A DNA stretch of 64,000 nucleotides, from NCBI GenBank assembly GCA_963727445.1, contig CAVSGI010000009.1, positions 832,001-896,000 of the forward strand. The letters run 5' to 3'. The notes beneath the pieces were generated by a model. It did not search any database. It saw nothing but the letters and a program-made list of their open reading frames with translations, and was not told the DNA's origin. Made by a program: the position numbers and the translations under genes. Shown one piece after another: positions 18,663 through 28,369 of this stretch. The stretch comes from an uncultured delta proteobacterium. GTDB taxonomy: Bacteria > Myxococcota_A > Polyangia > Polyangiales > B10-G4. The first letter of the stretch is position 1, and each line of letters opens with the position of its first letter.

Positions 18663-19160
18663 ATGGCATCGGAAGAAACAACCGTAGCGGCGGACAAGGT
18701 CGTCACCATCCACTACACGTTGACCTCGGAGGAGGGGGAGGTGATCGACAAGTCGGGCTCCGATCCTCTCGAGTACCTGCACGGTCATCAAAACATCGTC
18801 CCCGGGCTCGAACGGCAGATCGCCGGCAAGAGCATGGGGGACAAGTTCCGCGCCGTGGTCGAGGCGGCGGAAGGCTATGGGGAACGGATGCCCGATGCGC
18901 GGCAGGAGATCCCCCGGAGCGCGTTTCCCGCGGACGCGCCGCTGCGCGAAGGGATCCAGCTGGCGGCCGAAGGACCCGACGGCCAGCTGATCGAGCTCTG
19001 GGTCGTCGAGGTCGGCGAGCAAGCCGTCGTCGTCGATCTGAACCACCCGCTCGCCGGCCAGAAGCTCACCTTCGACATCGAGGTCGTCTCGGTTCGAGAC
19101 GCCACCGATGAGGAGCGCTCCCACGGCCACGCCCACGGCGACGGCCACCACCACCACTGA
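18663..19160 (+). CDS. slyD: SlyD FKBP-type PPIase/metallochaperone
   Basis: VTIHYTL, YLHGHQNIVPGLE, DLNHPLAG, C-terminal HGHAHGDGHHHH. Confidence 0.93.
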   Translation: MASEETTVAADKVVTIHYTLTSEEGEVIDKSGSDPLEYLHGHQNIVPGLERQIAGKSMGDKFRAVVEAAEGYGERMPDARQEIPRSAFPADAPLREGIQLAAEGPDGQLIELWVVEVGEQAVVVDLNHPLAGQKLTFDIEVVSVRDATDEERSHGHAHGDGHHHH

Positions 19161-19179
19161 AGCGACGCGTCTCACGGGC

Positions 19180-20319
19180 ATGGACCGCACGCTCGCCCTC
19201 TCCCTCATCGACGAGTGCCTCGCCCTCGATCAGGCGAGGGCGCCTTTCATGCCGAGCGAGGAGGCGCAGATCCCGGTGGGGGAGTACGTCGACGAGGCGC
19301 GCTTCGCGCGCGAGCGCGACCGGATCTTCCGGGCCCTTCCCAACCTGGTCGCCGCGAGCACGGAGCTCGCGGAGCCGGGGGCGTTCCTCACTCGCGCGAT
19401 CGCCGGCGTGCCCGTCGTCCTGATCCGCGGCGAGGATGGCGATGCGCGCGCGTTCATCAACGTGTGCCGGCACCGCGGCGCCACCGTGGTGCTCGAAGAC
19501 CGGGGCGTCCGCCGTCGTTTCGCCTGTCCCTACCACGCGTGGACCTACGACACGAAGGGCGCGCTGGTCGTCGTCCCGCACAGCGACGGGTTTCCCTCGT
19601 TGATTCAGGCCGACAGTGGGCTCCGATCCCTGCCGTGCTTCGAGGCGAGCGGCTTCCTCTGGGTGGTGCCGAGCCCAAGCACGACCGTCGATTTTCGTGC
19701 GTTCCTCACGGAGGAGCTGCTCGCGGAGCTGGCGGGCTTCGTCGGCGAAGGGGCGCGTGTCTTCGCGTCGGAACGACGCGTCTACGACAGCAACTGGAAG
19801 ATCATCCTCGACGGGGGGCTCGAGAGCTACCACTTCCGCGTCGCCCACCGGGACACTATCGGCTCGAAGTTCATCGGCAACGGATCGATCTGGGCGCTGC
19901 TCGGCGATCACGTGCGATCGGTGCTCCCGCGCGTCTCCCTCCGAAAGCTGGCCGAGCGCCCGCGACAGCAGTGGGACATCCGACGCTGCAGCAACATCCT
20001 CTACAGCATCTTTCCCAACACCTCTGTGCTGGTGCAATCGGACCACGTCGCCCTGATCCTGGCCCAGCCGCTCACCGTCGATCGCACGGAGATCATCATT
20101 CGGACCCTCGTCCCGCCCGGCGCGGCCGAAACCGACGAGGAGAAGCTCTACTTCCAGAAGAACCACGAGCTCACCGTCCGAGCTCTAGACGAGGACTTCC
20201 GCCTCGCGGAGCAGATCCAGACGGGCCTCGGGAGCGGCGCCAACGACGCCTTCCGCCTCGCGCGTTTCGAGAGCGCGCTCCTCAGAGTGCACGAGATCAT
20301 CGACCGCTACTCGGCGTAG
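19180..20319 (+). CDS. Rieske non-heme iron oxygenase alpha subunit
   Basis: CRHRG..CPYHAW Rieske motif; NWK..ESYH..H and ED mononuclear Fe ligands. Confidence 0.92.
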   Translation: MDRTLALSLIDECLALDQARAPFMPSEEAQIPVGEYVDEARFARERDRIFRALPNLVAASTELAEPGAFLTRAIAGVPVVLIRGEDGDARAFINVCRHRGATVVLEDRGVRRRFACPYHAWTYDTKGALVVVPHSDGFPSLIQADSGLRSLPCFEASGFLWVVPSPSTTVDFRAFLTEELLAELAGFVGEGARVFASERRVYDSNWKIILDGGLESYHFRVAHRDTIGSKFIGNGSIWALLGDHVRSVLPRVSLRKLAERPRQQWDIRRCSNILYSIFPNTSVLVQSDHVALILAQPLTVDRTEIIIRTLVPPGAAETDEEKLYFQKNHELTVRALDEDFRLAEQIQTGLGSGANDAFRLARFESALLRVHEIIDRYSA

Positions 20320-20430
20320 CGGCGAGGCGGCCGCGGGGAAGACGGGAGGAGCGCGTGATCGATGGCGGCGACGGCCTGCGCGCTCCTTCGGCGGACAGAC
20401 CCTTCTCTGCCCTGGTGCGTCTATCGAGAG

Positions 20431-21112
20431 ATGCGATTCGCCGCCGCCGTCCTCGTCGTCCTCGTCCCCCTCGCCTCGAGCTCCGTCGCGGCGCAGACTC
20501 GCTCGCTCCCCGTCGTCTTCCACGTCGCCACCACCGGGGGTGAGCCGGTGATGAGCGCGGAAGAGGCCGATGCGTGGCTCGAGATCGCGAACGAGCACTT
20601 TCGCGAGGCCGACATCCATCTGGTCCGGGACGCGCTCCGGCCGCTGCCCGAAGGGCACGCCGAGCTCGCCGACATCCGTGCCCGGCGCCGTCTCTCACGC
20701 TTCCTCGAACCGCGCCGGATCAACGTCTTCGTCGTCGACTCGAATCCTCGACCCACACCCATCTCGCGCGACCGAGCGCGCCGCCGCGGCCCAGGGCTTC
20801 GAGCCCAGCGGACGGCTCGGCGGTGCGCACATCCTCGTCGCTGGCCGCGTCCCCGAGACCTACATCATCGTCCGCCGTGGATCCGGCCCGCTGACCCTCA
20901 CCCACGAGCTCGGTCACTTCTTCAGCGCGCCTCATCACCGCGACCCGGAGAACATCATGAGCTACGGCCGCGATCGGCACCGCTTCGACGAGCGACAAAT
21001 CCGCGCCTTCCGCTACCGCGCGCGCCGTTACCTTCGCGAGGGGACGCTTCGAGGCGTGAGCTCGTCGCCCGATGACGGGCGCGGACGCGAGACTCGGGCT
21101 CAGTCGACGTAG
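20431..21112 (+). CDS. Secreted zinc metallopeptidase (pappalysin/matrixin-like), frameshifted near 20742
   Basis: Signal peptide, LPVVFHV, INVFVVD, then in another frame HELGHFFSAPH..NIMSY (Met-turn). Confidence 0.75.
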
Positions 21113-22186
21113 CCGAGCGCGATGTCGGTCAACGCGGGCGCCATCTCCGAGCTCATCGTCCAGGAGGAGAGATCCGCGGAGACGAACATGCGCCCAGCCC
21201 AGCGCGTGCCGACGTAGACGCCGATTCCGTATTCGAGCGCGCCGGGTGGGCGCTCGCCGTCGACGTGCGTCCAATCGCGGCCGTTGGTCGAGCGATAGAA
21301 GCCTGCGCCGTCCGCGATGATGAACTCACCGTTTTCGAACTCGACGCCTTCGAGATCGGCGCCGAGGGTGTAGTCGTCCCAGCTCTCTCCGTCGGCGGTG
21401 ACCGAAACCGAGTCGGTGGCGCGCGCCACGAACACGCCGTTGCCGAAGGCGATGGAGCCGTAACCCGGGCCGCTCGTGCGAATGTCGCTCCAGGTGGTGC
21501 CGTCCGCGGTCCAGGCGCTGATCCCCATGTCCGGCGAGCCGCCGTAGGTGTGGCCCACCGCGATGGCGATGCCGTTGCCCGCGGCCAGCGCGCGGTAGTG
21601 GCCGGCGAAGTACGTGCTCTCTTCCGTCCAGGTCGCCGCGCCGTCGATGGAGCGCACGCGGTAGCCGTTGCCGCCGGCCGCCACCCACACTCCGTCGAGG
21701 TGTACCGCGTCGCTCAAGAACCCGCGGTCCTGGTTCTCGACCGTCGCGTTGGTCCACGCGACGCCGTCGGGAGACGTCATGATCTGATTGCCGACCGCGA
21801 CGAAGATCCCGTCGGCCCAGCCGACCCCGCGGAGCAGGGTCGGGTCGTCGCCGCCGGCGGGATCGACGATTCTGATGGTTCTCCCAGAGCATCCCGTCAT
21901 CCGAGGTCGTTCGGTGCGTGCCGTACCCGACGGCGACGAACCTCGGGGTCCCGGTGGGCATGGTCCCGGTGTCGATGGGCGGGGTCCCGGTGTCACCAGT
22001 GACCGACGTATCGGACGTGCTCGAATCCGCGGCAGGGGTGCCGGTGTCGCCGGACTCCGCGTCGCTGGCGTCGCCCCCATCTCCCGCGTCTCCGGCGTCG
22101 GCTGGCGCTCCGTCATCACCGCATGCGGCGAGCGACGACGCCACGGCGAGGAGCAAAGCGAGCGCGACCCGATCTCTTCTGAGCAT
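21100..22186 (-). CDS. BNR/sialidase-like repeat lipoprotein, frameshifted near 21870
   Basis: AACGDD lipobox; repeated S.DG..W and G.FVAVG units; the two frames join at WENHQ/IVDP. Confidence 0.78.
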
Positions 22187-22280
22187 CCGTCGAGATTACC
22201 GCGGCGGTCGGCGTTTCGGGTGGTCGATGATAGGATGCGCCCGCCCCCATATGCCTGAGTCTCTTCCGAGGAGGTCCGCC

Positions 22281-23102
22281 ATGAACCGAGCATTCGCTCT
22301 CGCGCTGCTCGTCGTCTCGATGCTCGCGCCCACCGTCGCGTCTGCACACTTCAAGCTGGTCGCACCCGCCTGCTACTCGGAGCAGGACGCGCTCGGCACA
22401 CCTCTGAAGAGCGCACCCTGTGGCCAGGCCGATCCCGGCAATCCGGTGGTCGAGACCGGTGACGTGACGATGCTGGTTCAGGGCGGGATGCTCACAGTCA
22501 CCATCGAAGAGACCATCACCCATCCCGGTCACTACCGGATCTCCATCGCCCCCGACATGGCGTCGCTCCCCGACAATCCTCCGGTCACGCCGGGCTCGAC
22601 CGCTTGCGGCTCGACGGTGATCGATCCCGACCCGAGCCTTCCGGTGCTCGCGGACGGCGTCTTCATGCACACCATGTCCTTCAGCGGACCGCAAACCATC
22701 GAAATCCCGCTCCCCCCGGACTTCACCTGCGACAACTGCGTGGTGCAGGTGGCCGAGTTCATGTCCAACCACGGGCTCAACGATCCTGGCGGCTGCTTCT
22801 ATCATCACTGCGCGAACGTGACGGTCACGCCCGCTGCTGGCGACGCCGGCACCCCGGACGGCGGCGGCATGTCCGATGGCGGCGGTATGAGCGACGGAGG
22901 CGGGACGCCGGACGGCAGCACGGCGGACGGCAGCACGGTCCCCGACGGATCGGCCATGTCCGACGGCTCCACCACCATGACCAGCGACTCGGGATGCGGA
23001 TGCCGGGTCGGCGCTCCCGCGCGCCGCGCTCACGGATTCGCCTTCGGCGCGTTCCTGCTCGCGCTGGCGCTCGGCCGCGCCCTCGTCAGACGGCGGGGCT
23101 GA
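22281..23102 (+). CDS. Polysaccharide monooxygenase-like (SCE4755-type) protein with MYXO-CTERM anchor
   Basis: GAGG RBS; signal ends ASA then His; HPGHYRIS, CDNCVVQ, YHHCAN; C-terminal GCGCRVG-TM-RRR. Confidence 0.8.
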   Translation: MNRAFALALLVVSMLAPTVASAHFKLVAPACYSEQDALGTPLKSAPCGQADPGNPVVETGDVTMLVQGGMLTVTIEETITHPGHYRISIAPDMASLPDNPPVTPGSTACGSTVIDPDPSLPVLADGVFMHTMSFSGPQTIEIPLPPDFTCDNCVVQVAEFMSNHGLNDPGGCFYHHCANVTVTPAAGDAGTPDGGGMSDGGGMSDGGGTPDGSTADGSTVPDGSAMSDGSTTMTSDSGCGCRVGAPARRAHGFAFGAFLLALALGRALVRRRG

Positions 23103-23124
23103 CCCCAGCGATTCGGTCCGTTCA

Positions 23125-23545
23125 ATGGACTGGCAGGTTCATCCCCACGATCCGCTCACCGAGCTCGCCGACAACCTCCTCCGGGTCGAGGGCGCGCTTC
23201 CGAAGATGGCGCTCCGGCGGCAGATGATCGTCGCGCGCAACGGCGACGGTCGCCTGCTCATCCACAACGCGATCGCCCTCGAAGAAGAGGGCATGGCCCG
23301 CATCGACGACGCCGGGGCTCTTCGGCGCGATCTACGAGCTCCTCGGGCAGTCCGGTCGCCCGAAGGTCACCCTCCTCACCAGGCTCTCGATGGTGAAGGA
23401 CAGGCGCGCCTACGCCGACCACCTGAGACGCCTCGCGGACACGCCGGATCTCGTCCGGGTGATCCCGGGACACGTCACCCCCATCGTGGACGACGCCGCC
23501 GGCGTGCTCCGGGGCGTCGCTGACGAGCTCGCGCCTGCGCGCTGA
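23125..23545 (+). pseudogene. DUF4336-like metallo-hydrolase with internal deletion and frameshift
   Basis: N-terminus RRQMIVAR..LLIHNAIAL joins out of frame near 23311 to a C-terminus ..LVRVIPGH..; the central part appears to be missing. Confidence 0.65.
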
Positions 23546-23552
23546 GGCGTGC

Positions 23553-26500
23553 TCACGGCCCAGCCCCCGCCTCCAACTCCTCGAAAAGCGCGCGCGCACC
23601 GGCGTCTTCCGGATCGATGAAGAGCACGCGGCCGAGGGCGGCGCGCGCTGCGTCTTCGTCTCCGCGACCACGTTCGGCGACCGCCAGATCGAAGAGGAGG
23701 TCGGTGTCGTAGGGGTGGTAGGCGAGCCCGGCGCGGAGGACGCTGGCCGCCTCCTCGGGGCGGCGACGCCCCAGGTTCAGCCGTCCCAGGAGCACACTCG
23801 CTTCGCGGCTGCGCGGGTCGAGGCGGAGCGCCTCTCGGAGCTCCGATTCCGGGCTCATGTTTCTGCGGGGCTTTGCCATCAGCGCGAGGGCGAGCCCGGT
23901 GTGCGCTTCGGCCAGCGAGCCGTCGGCGTCGATGGCGCGTTCGAAGGCGAAGACGGCGCGATCCGTGAGCTCCTGCGCCACGAGGGCGCGTCCGAGATCG
24001 ATTTGGATGAGCGGATCGTTCGGGTCGCGCCGCAGCGCGGCGTGGTAGGCGTCGCTCGCGCCTTCGTAGTCGCCCTCGGCGGCGCGGACCAGACCGAGGT
24101 GCAGCCAGAGCTTGGGATCGTCGGCATGTCCCGTCGCCTCCTCGAGGAAGGTCTCCGCGTCGCCCAGGGCGCCGTGCAAGAGGAGCCCGGCCGCGACCTC
24201 GAGGAGGCGTTCGGGATCGTCGCGGTAGCGTTCGCCGAGCGCGTGGTAGTAGGGAAGGCCTTCACGCATCGCCGCCTCGAACATGGGCGGCTTCGCGCAC
24301 CCTTCGCAGATCTCGGCGGCGCGCGCGAGGTGCCCGGCCAAGAGGAGCCCCTGAGCAGCCCATCGCCGATGCATCTCGTCGCGCAGCGGCGCCATGGCGG
24401 CTGCATCGAGGGGGGCCTCCTCCGGCGCGAAGGCTTCGAGGAGACGGTCTGGCGTCATGGGCGCGGCGTCGGTGTAGTGTGTGACGAACTGCACCAGCGG
24501 GTGGTCGTCGGTGTTGCGCGGCAGGCCGCGGGCCCATGCGTCGAGGGTCGCGGGGCCTGCGTGCAGGCATTCGAGCACCTCCGTCGTGGTGCCGAGGCCC
24601 CAGGGCGCGAGCGCCTCGCGCACCGCGGGCGCGGCGAGGCGCGCCGCGATCCGGGCGGGATCGATCGGTGCGCCCTCGGTGGTGGCGACCAGAAGCGAGT
24701 ACGCCGATTGGCCGTAGGGCTCGAAGCCCACGTTGTTCCAGAGGGTGGCCTCTTCGAAGGTGTCGGCGAAGGTGCCCACCAGGATCCGGGAATTCGTCCA
24801 CGGACAGCCCGTGCAGCGGTAGCCACTGCACGAGCACGCCGCCCGGCGCGAGACGTGCCCGCGCCGTCTCGTATAGCTCGCGGGTGTAGAGGATCCAGCT
24901 GTCCACCGCTCTCGGATGCGTGGAGTCGAGCACGATCACGTCGTAGCGCCGCTCCGCGGTACGCAGGTGCGCGCGCCCGTCGTCGATCACCAGCGACACC
25001 CGCGGGTCGTCCAGCACGTCGCCGTTGAGATCGGAGAAAGCGCGTGCGCCGTATCGCACCGCGGGCTCGAGATCGACGATGGTGATCCGCTCCACGTCCT
25101 GGTGCGCGGCGACCGCGCCCGCGGCCAGTCCACCGCCGAGGCAGATGACGGCCACGTCGCGCGGCGCCGGGTGAAGAAGCAAGCCGAGGTGGCCGAGGAG
25201 CATGAAGCTCTGATCGTGAACCAGCCGCGTCGTCACCTCGTTGATGCCGTTGACGAAGATCTGCCGCTCGCCATTGATCTGGTTCCTGGCGACGGCGACG
25301 GTCGCGCTGCGTCCTTCCTCGTAGACGACGAGGGTCTGATGGGCCGGGCCGATCTTCCTGGAGAGGATCCGTCGCGGCAGCTCGGCGGGGAGGAGCAGCC
25401 AGGCGACGACGAAGGCGACGAGAGCGCCCGTCGCGAGGCGCGGGCCGCGCCGATACCCGAGGGTGACGGCCGCGACCGTGGGGGCGAGCGCGAGAAGCCC
25501 GGTGGTCCACTGGATCGTCGCGAAGGGGATCAGGACGAGCGATGTCACGAGCGGTCCGAGGAGCGTGCCCGCCGTGTTCGCTGCCAGTACTTCGGCCGAC
25601 GCCCTGCCTCCGCCCTCTCCCGGATGGCGCGCGATCAGGGCCGGCAAGAGCGCGCCTGCCACGGCCGTGGGCGGGACGATGGTGGCGAGGGCGAAGATCC
25701 CTTGAAGCGCGATCCCCCGCTCATGGCTTCGGCTGAGCGGCAGAGAGCTCTCGACGCCGAAGAGGTCGAGGCCGTCTTCGAGATAGAGGCGTCCTACCAG
25801 GGCGAGGCAGAGGATCGCCGCCACGCCGAGGGCGCCGAAGAGCGTGAGCAGGACGCCCTCGCGCACTCGGATCCGATCGGGCAACGCCCGAAGCACGCCC
25901 GCGCCGGTGGCGAGCCCCACCAGCACCGACGCGAGCATCGCGCTGAACGCGTGGACGTCGTGACCGAAGACGAGGAGGAAGAGCCGCGTCCACACCGTCT
26001 CGAGGCCCAGCACCACGAAGCCGCACACGAAGGCGAGCACCAGAATGGTACGGCGGCTCTCGGGGCGCGGGCGTGTGTCCGGGTCCCGCGTCGTCGCTGG
26101 CGCGCGCTCGGGATTCACGAACGCGAGCGCGAGCGCCACGGCGCCGACGCCGAGGTCGATGAAGGCCGCGAGCTGGTTCGTGGCCCGAACGCCCCAAGCG
26201 CCCAGCAGGAAGTAGCCCGCGATGGCGGAGCCGAGCGCAGCGCCGGCGGTGTTGAGCGCGTAGATGGCGCTCGCCGCGCGTCCCACGCGGTCCCCTGCAT
26301 CGCCCAGCCGCACTTCCGCTGCCCGCACCAGGGCGGGGAGCGTCGCGCCGAGCGCGAGGGAGGGGATGAGGACAACCGTCGTCGCGATGCCGAGGCGAAC
26401 GACGAACGAGCTCCAGCCCGGACCGAGCGCCGAGAGGATGGGGAGTGACCAGGTCTCGGCCGAAGCGGCGAGGGTGGGGACGGCCAGGGCGATCCCCCCG

Positions 26501-26748
26501 AGAAGCAGCTCGAGCCCGGCGTAGAGACGCAAGGGGTCGACGCGATCGGCCCAGCGCCCGACGAGCAGCGCACCACCGCCCATCCCGCCCATCACCGCCG
26601 CGAGGACGGCGGCGGTGGCAAACGACGCATTGCCCAGGACCACCGCGAGGAGGCGGTGCCACACGACCTCGTAGGTGAGCCCGGCGAGCCCCGACGCGAA
26701 GCAGAGAGACAAGAGCAGTGCCCGCGCCACGCGCGCTCGTCGCGTCAT
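23553..26748 (-). CDS. Fused multi-TM/spermidine synthase-like protein with C-terminal TPRs, frameshifted near 24790
   Basis: FASGLAGLTYEVVW.R, YALNTAGA, ICLGGG, DDGR, YDVIVLD, QWLPLH; TPR-like tail in the second frame. Confidence 0.85.
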
Positions 26749-26767
26749 CGGACCAGGCACGACTCAC

Positions 26768-27637
26768 TCAGCGCAAGAGCGCGTTCAGGGCAGAGGTGAC
26801 CTCGCACCCCTCGCGGCGGGGAAGCAACAGCCGCGTGCGCCGGCCGAAGACATAGACGTGGTCTTCTCCGTTGGTCAGGCCGGTGCGCAGGGTCGACAGC
26901 GGCAGCCGGCAGACCTTTTCGTCACGACGTCGCACGTACACGTGGCTCACCGACACCACGACCTCGTGGGGATGCTCGCGCCAGGGGTAGTCGGGAGAGG
27001 ACGCGAGCCAGTCGAGCATCGCCTCGAAGGGTTTGGCGGCGCCCCGCCGCGCGAGGATCTCCTCTGCCGGTGCTTCCTTCGCGCTCAGCCGATAGCCGCC
27101 GCGCGTTTCGGTGTCGTCGATGCGCTCGTCGGGGAAGAGCCCCACCTCTTCCCAGGAGACATCGGGTGCGTCGAGCCAGCCGCGTTTGGCCACGTGGGGG
27201 AATCGCTCCGCGAGGTGATCGAAGACCCCCGCCACCGTCTCTGCCCACGCTTCGCGCTCCTTGTCGAAGCGCGGCTCGAAGCGGCGGCGCGACGCTCCAT
27301 AGGGGTGGCGCCACTCGATCTCGATCCCCGGCCACGGATCGACCGCGGCCACCTCGGCGATGTCCTTGAAACGGTAGACGGCCTGATGGACGCCCGCCCC
27401 CATCGAAAAGCCGGTCGGCTCGAGGCGGATGTCGTCGGGCCGGAGCTTAACGGTCGAGAGCCGTTCGGTCCCGCCGGAGGAGGGCACGAAGACCATCCCG
27501 CCCGGCCCCCGGCGATCGGTCTCGAATCGCGAGCCGTCCTCTTGGCGCTTCTTGCGCTCGCGCTGCTCCTCGGCCCACCGCTCGAGCTTCTCGGTGACCG
27601 CGAAGCGCCCCTTGTCCGCGTCGCTCGGCTTCGCCAT
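26768..27637 (-). CDS. Hypothetical protein (contains a GGYR motif)
   Basis: Clean ORF translationally coupled to the upstream gene. Confidence 0.7.
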   Translation of the reverse strand: MAKPSDADKGRFAVTEKLERWAEEQRERKKRQEDGSRFETDRRGPGGMVFVPSSGGTERLSTVKLRPDDIRLEPTGFSMGAGVHQAVYRFKDIAEVAAVDPWPGIEIEWRHPYGASRRRFEPRFDKEREAWAETVAGVFDHLAERFPHVAKRGWLDAPDVSWEEVGLFPDERIDDTETRGGYRLSAKEAPAEEILARRGAAKPFEAMLDWLASSPDYPWREHPHEVVVSVSHVYVRRRDEKVCRLPLSTLRTGLTNGEDHVYVFGRRTRLLLPRREGCEVTSALNALLR

Positions 27638-28269
27638 CAGTTCGTGAGCGAGAGGGTCGCGACCTCGGTGGTCGCACCCTCTTCGAGATCGACGTTGAAG
27701 GTTCCGAGCACCTCTCCGCCGAGCGCGATGGTGACGCTCCCCGTCGTGGTGTGGGCGCCTTCGTCGGGCTCCTCACCCGAGGCGGCTTCCGCCGCCGCCT
27801 CCGCCTCCTCTTCCTCCGCGCAGCTCGCGACGTGCGCCAGACTCAGACGGAGCTCGCCGCTCAAGGGCGTGGTCCAGGCCGCGCTCTCGATGCGGGGGTG
27901 GGCTTCGTCTGACCCGCAGCCACCGTGACCGGAGTGGGTGTCGGGGCTCGGCAGATCGTCGGCGCCCTGACTCGTGACCACCAGATCGAGATCCGACGCG
28001 TCGCCCCAGGTCGCCACGATGGAGACCACGCCCTGGCCGTAGCCACAGCCTTCGTCAATCTTCCCGTCACAGTCCTCGTCCAGGGCATCGCAGCGCTCAT
28101 CGGCACCTTCTTCACAGGCGAGCGCGAGGAGGGTGACCCCCTCGGCCGCCGTGACGGTGCCCCGCTGAACGCTCCGCGGCGGGGGGGCGCCTCCCGTGGT
28201 GGTCGAGCTCTGGGTGGACCCACACGCGAAGGCGAGGAGCAGGGCCGGCAACACGCGCGTCACGGACAT
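27637..28269 (-). CDS. Lipoprotein with a putative metal-binding CDxxDxDCDG motif
   Basis: AFACG lipobox; ERCDALDEDCDGKIDEGC; W...DLDL.V motif. Confidence 0.75.
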   Translation of the reverse strand: MSVTRVLPALLLAFACGSTQSSTTTGGAPPPRSVQRGTVTAAEGVTLLALACEEGADERCDALDEDCDGKIDEGCGYGQGVVSIVATWGDASDLDLVVTSQGADDLPSPDTHSGHGGCGSDEAHPRIESAAWTTPLSGELRLSLAHVASCAEEEEAEAAAEAASGEEPDEGAHTTTGSVTIALGGEVLGTFNVDLEEGATTEVATLSLTN

Positions 28270-28369
28270 GGGCCGGGAGCCTAGCAGATCGGCAATAAAT
28301 CTCGGCGATTCGCCCTCCGGGTGCCTCGAAGGTTGCGTTTCGCGACGCTTTGAGACAGTACGCCGCCCC

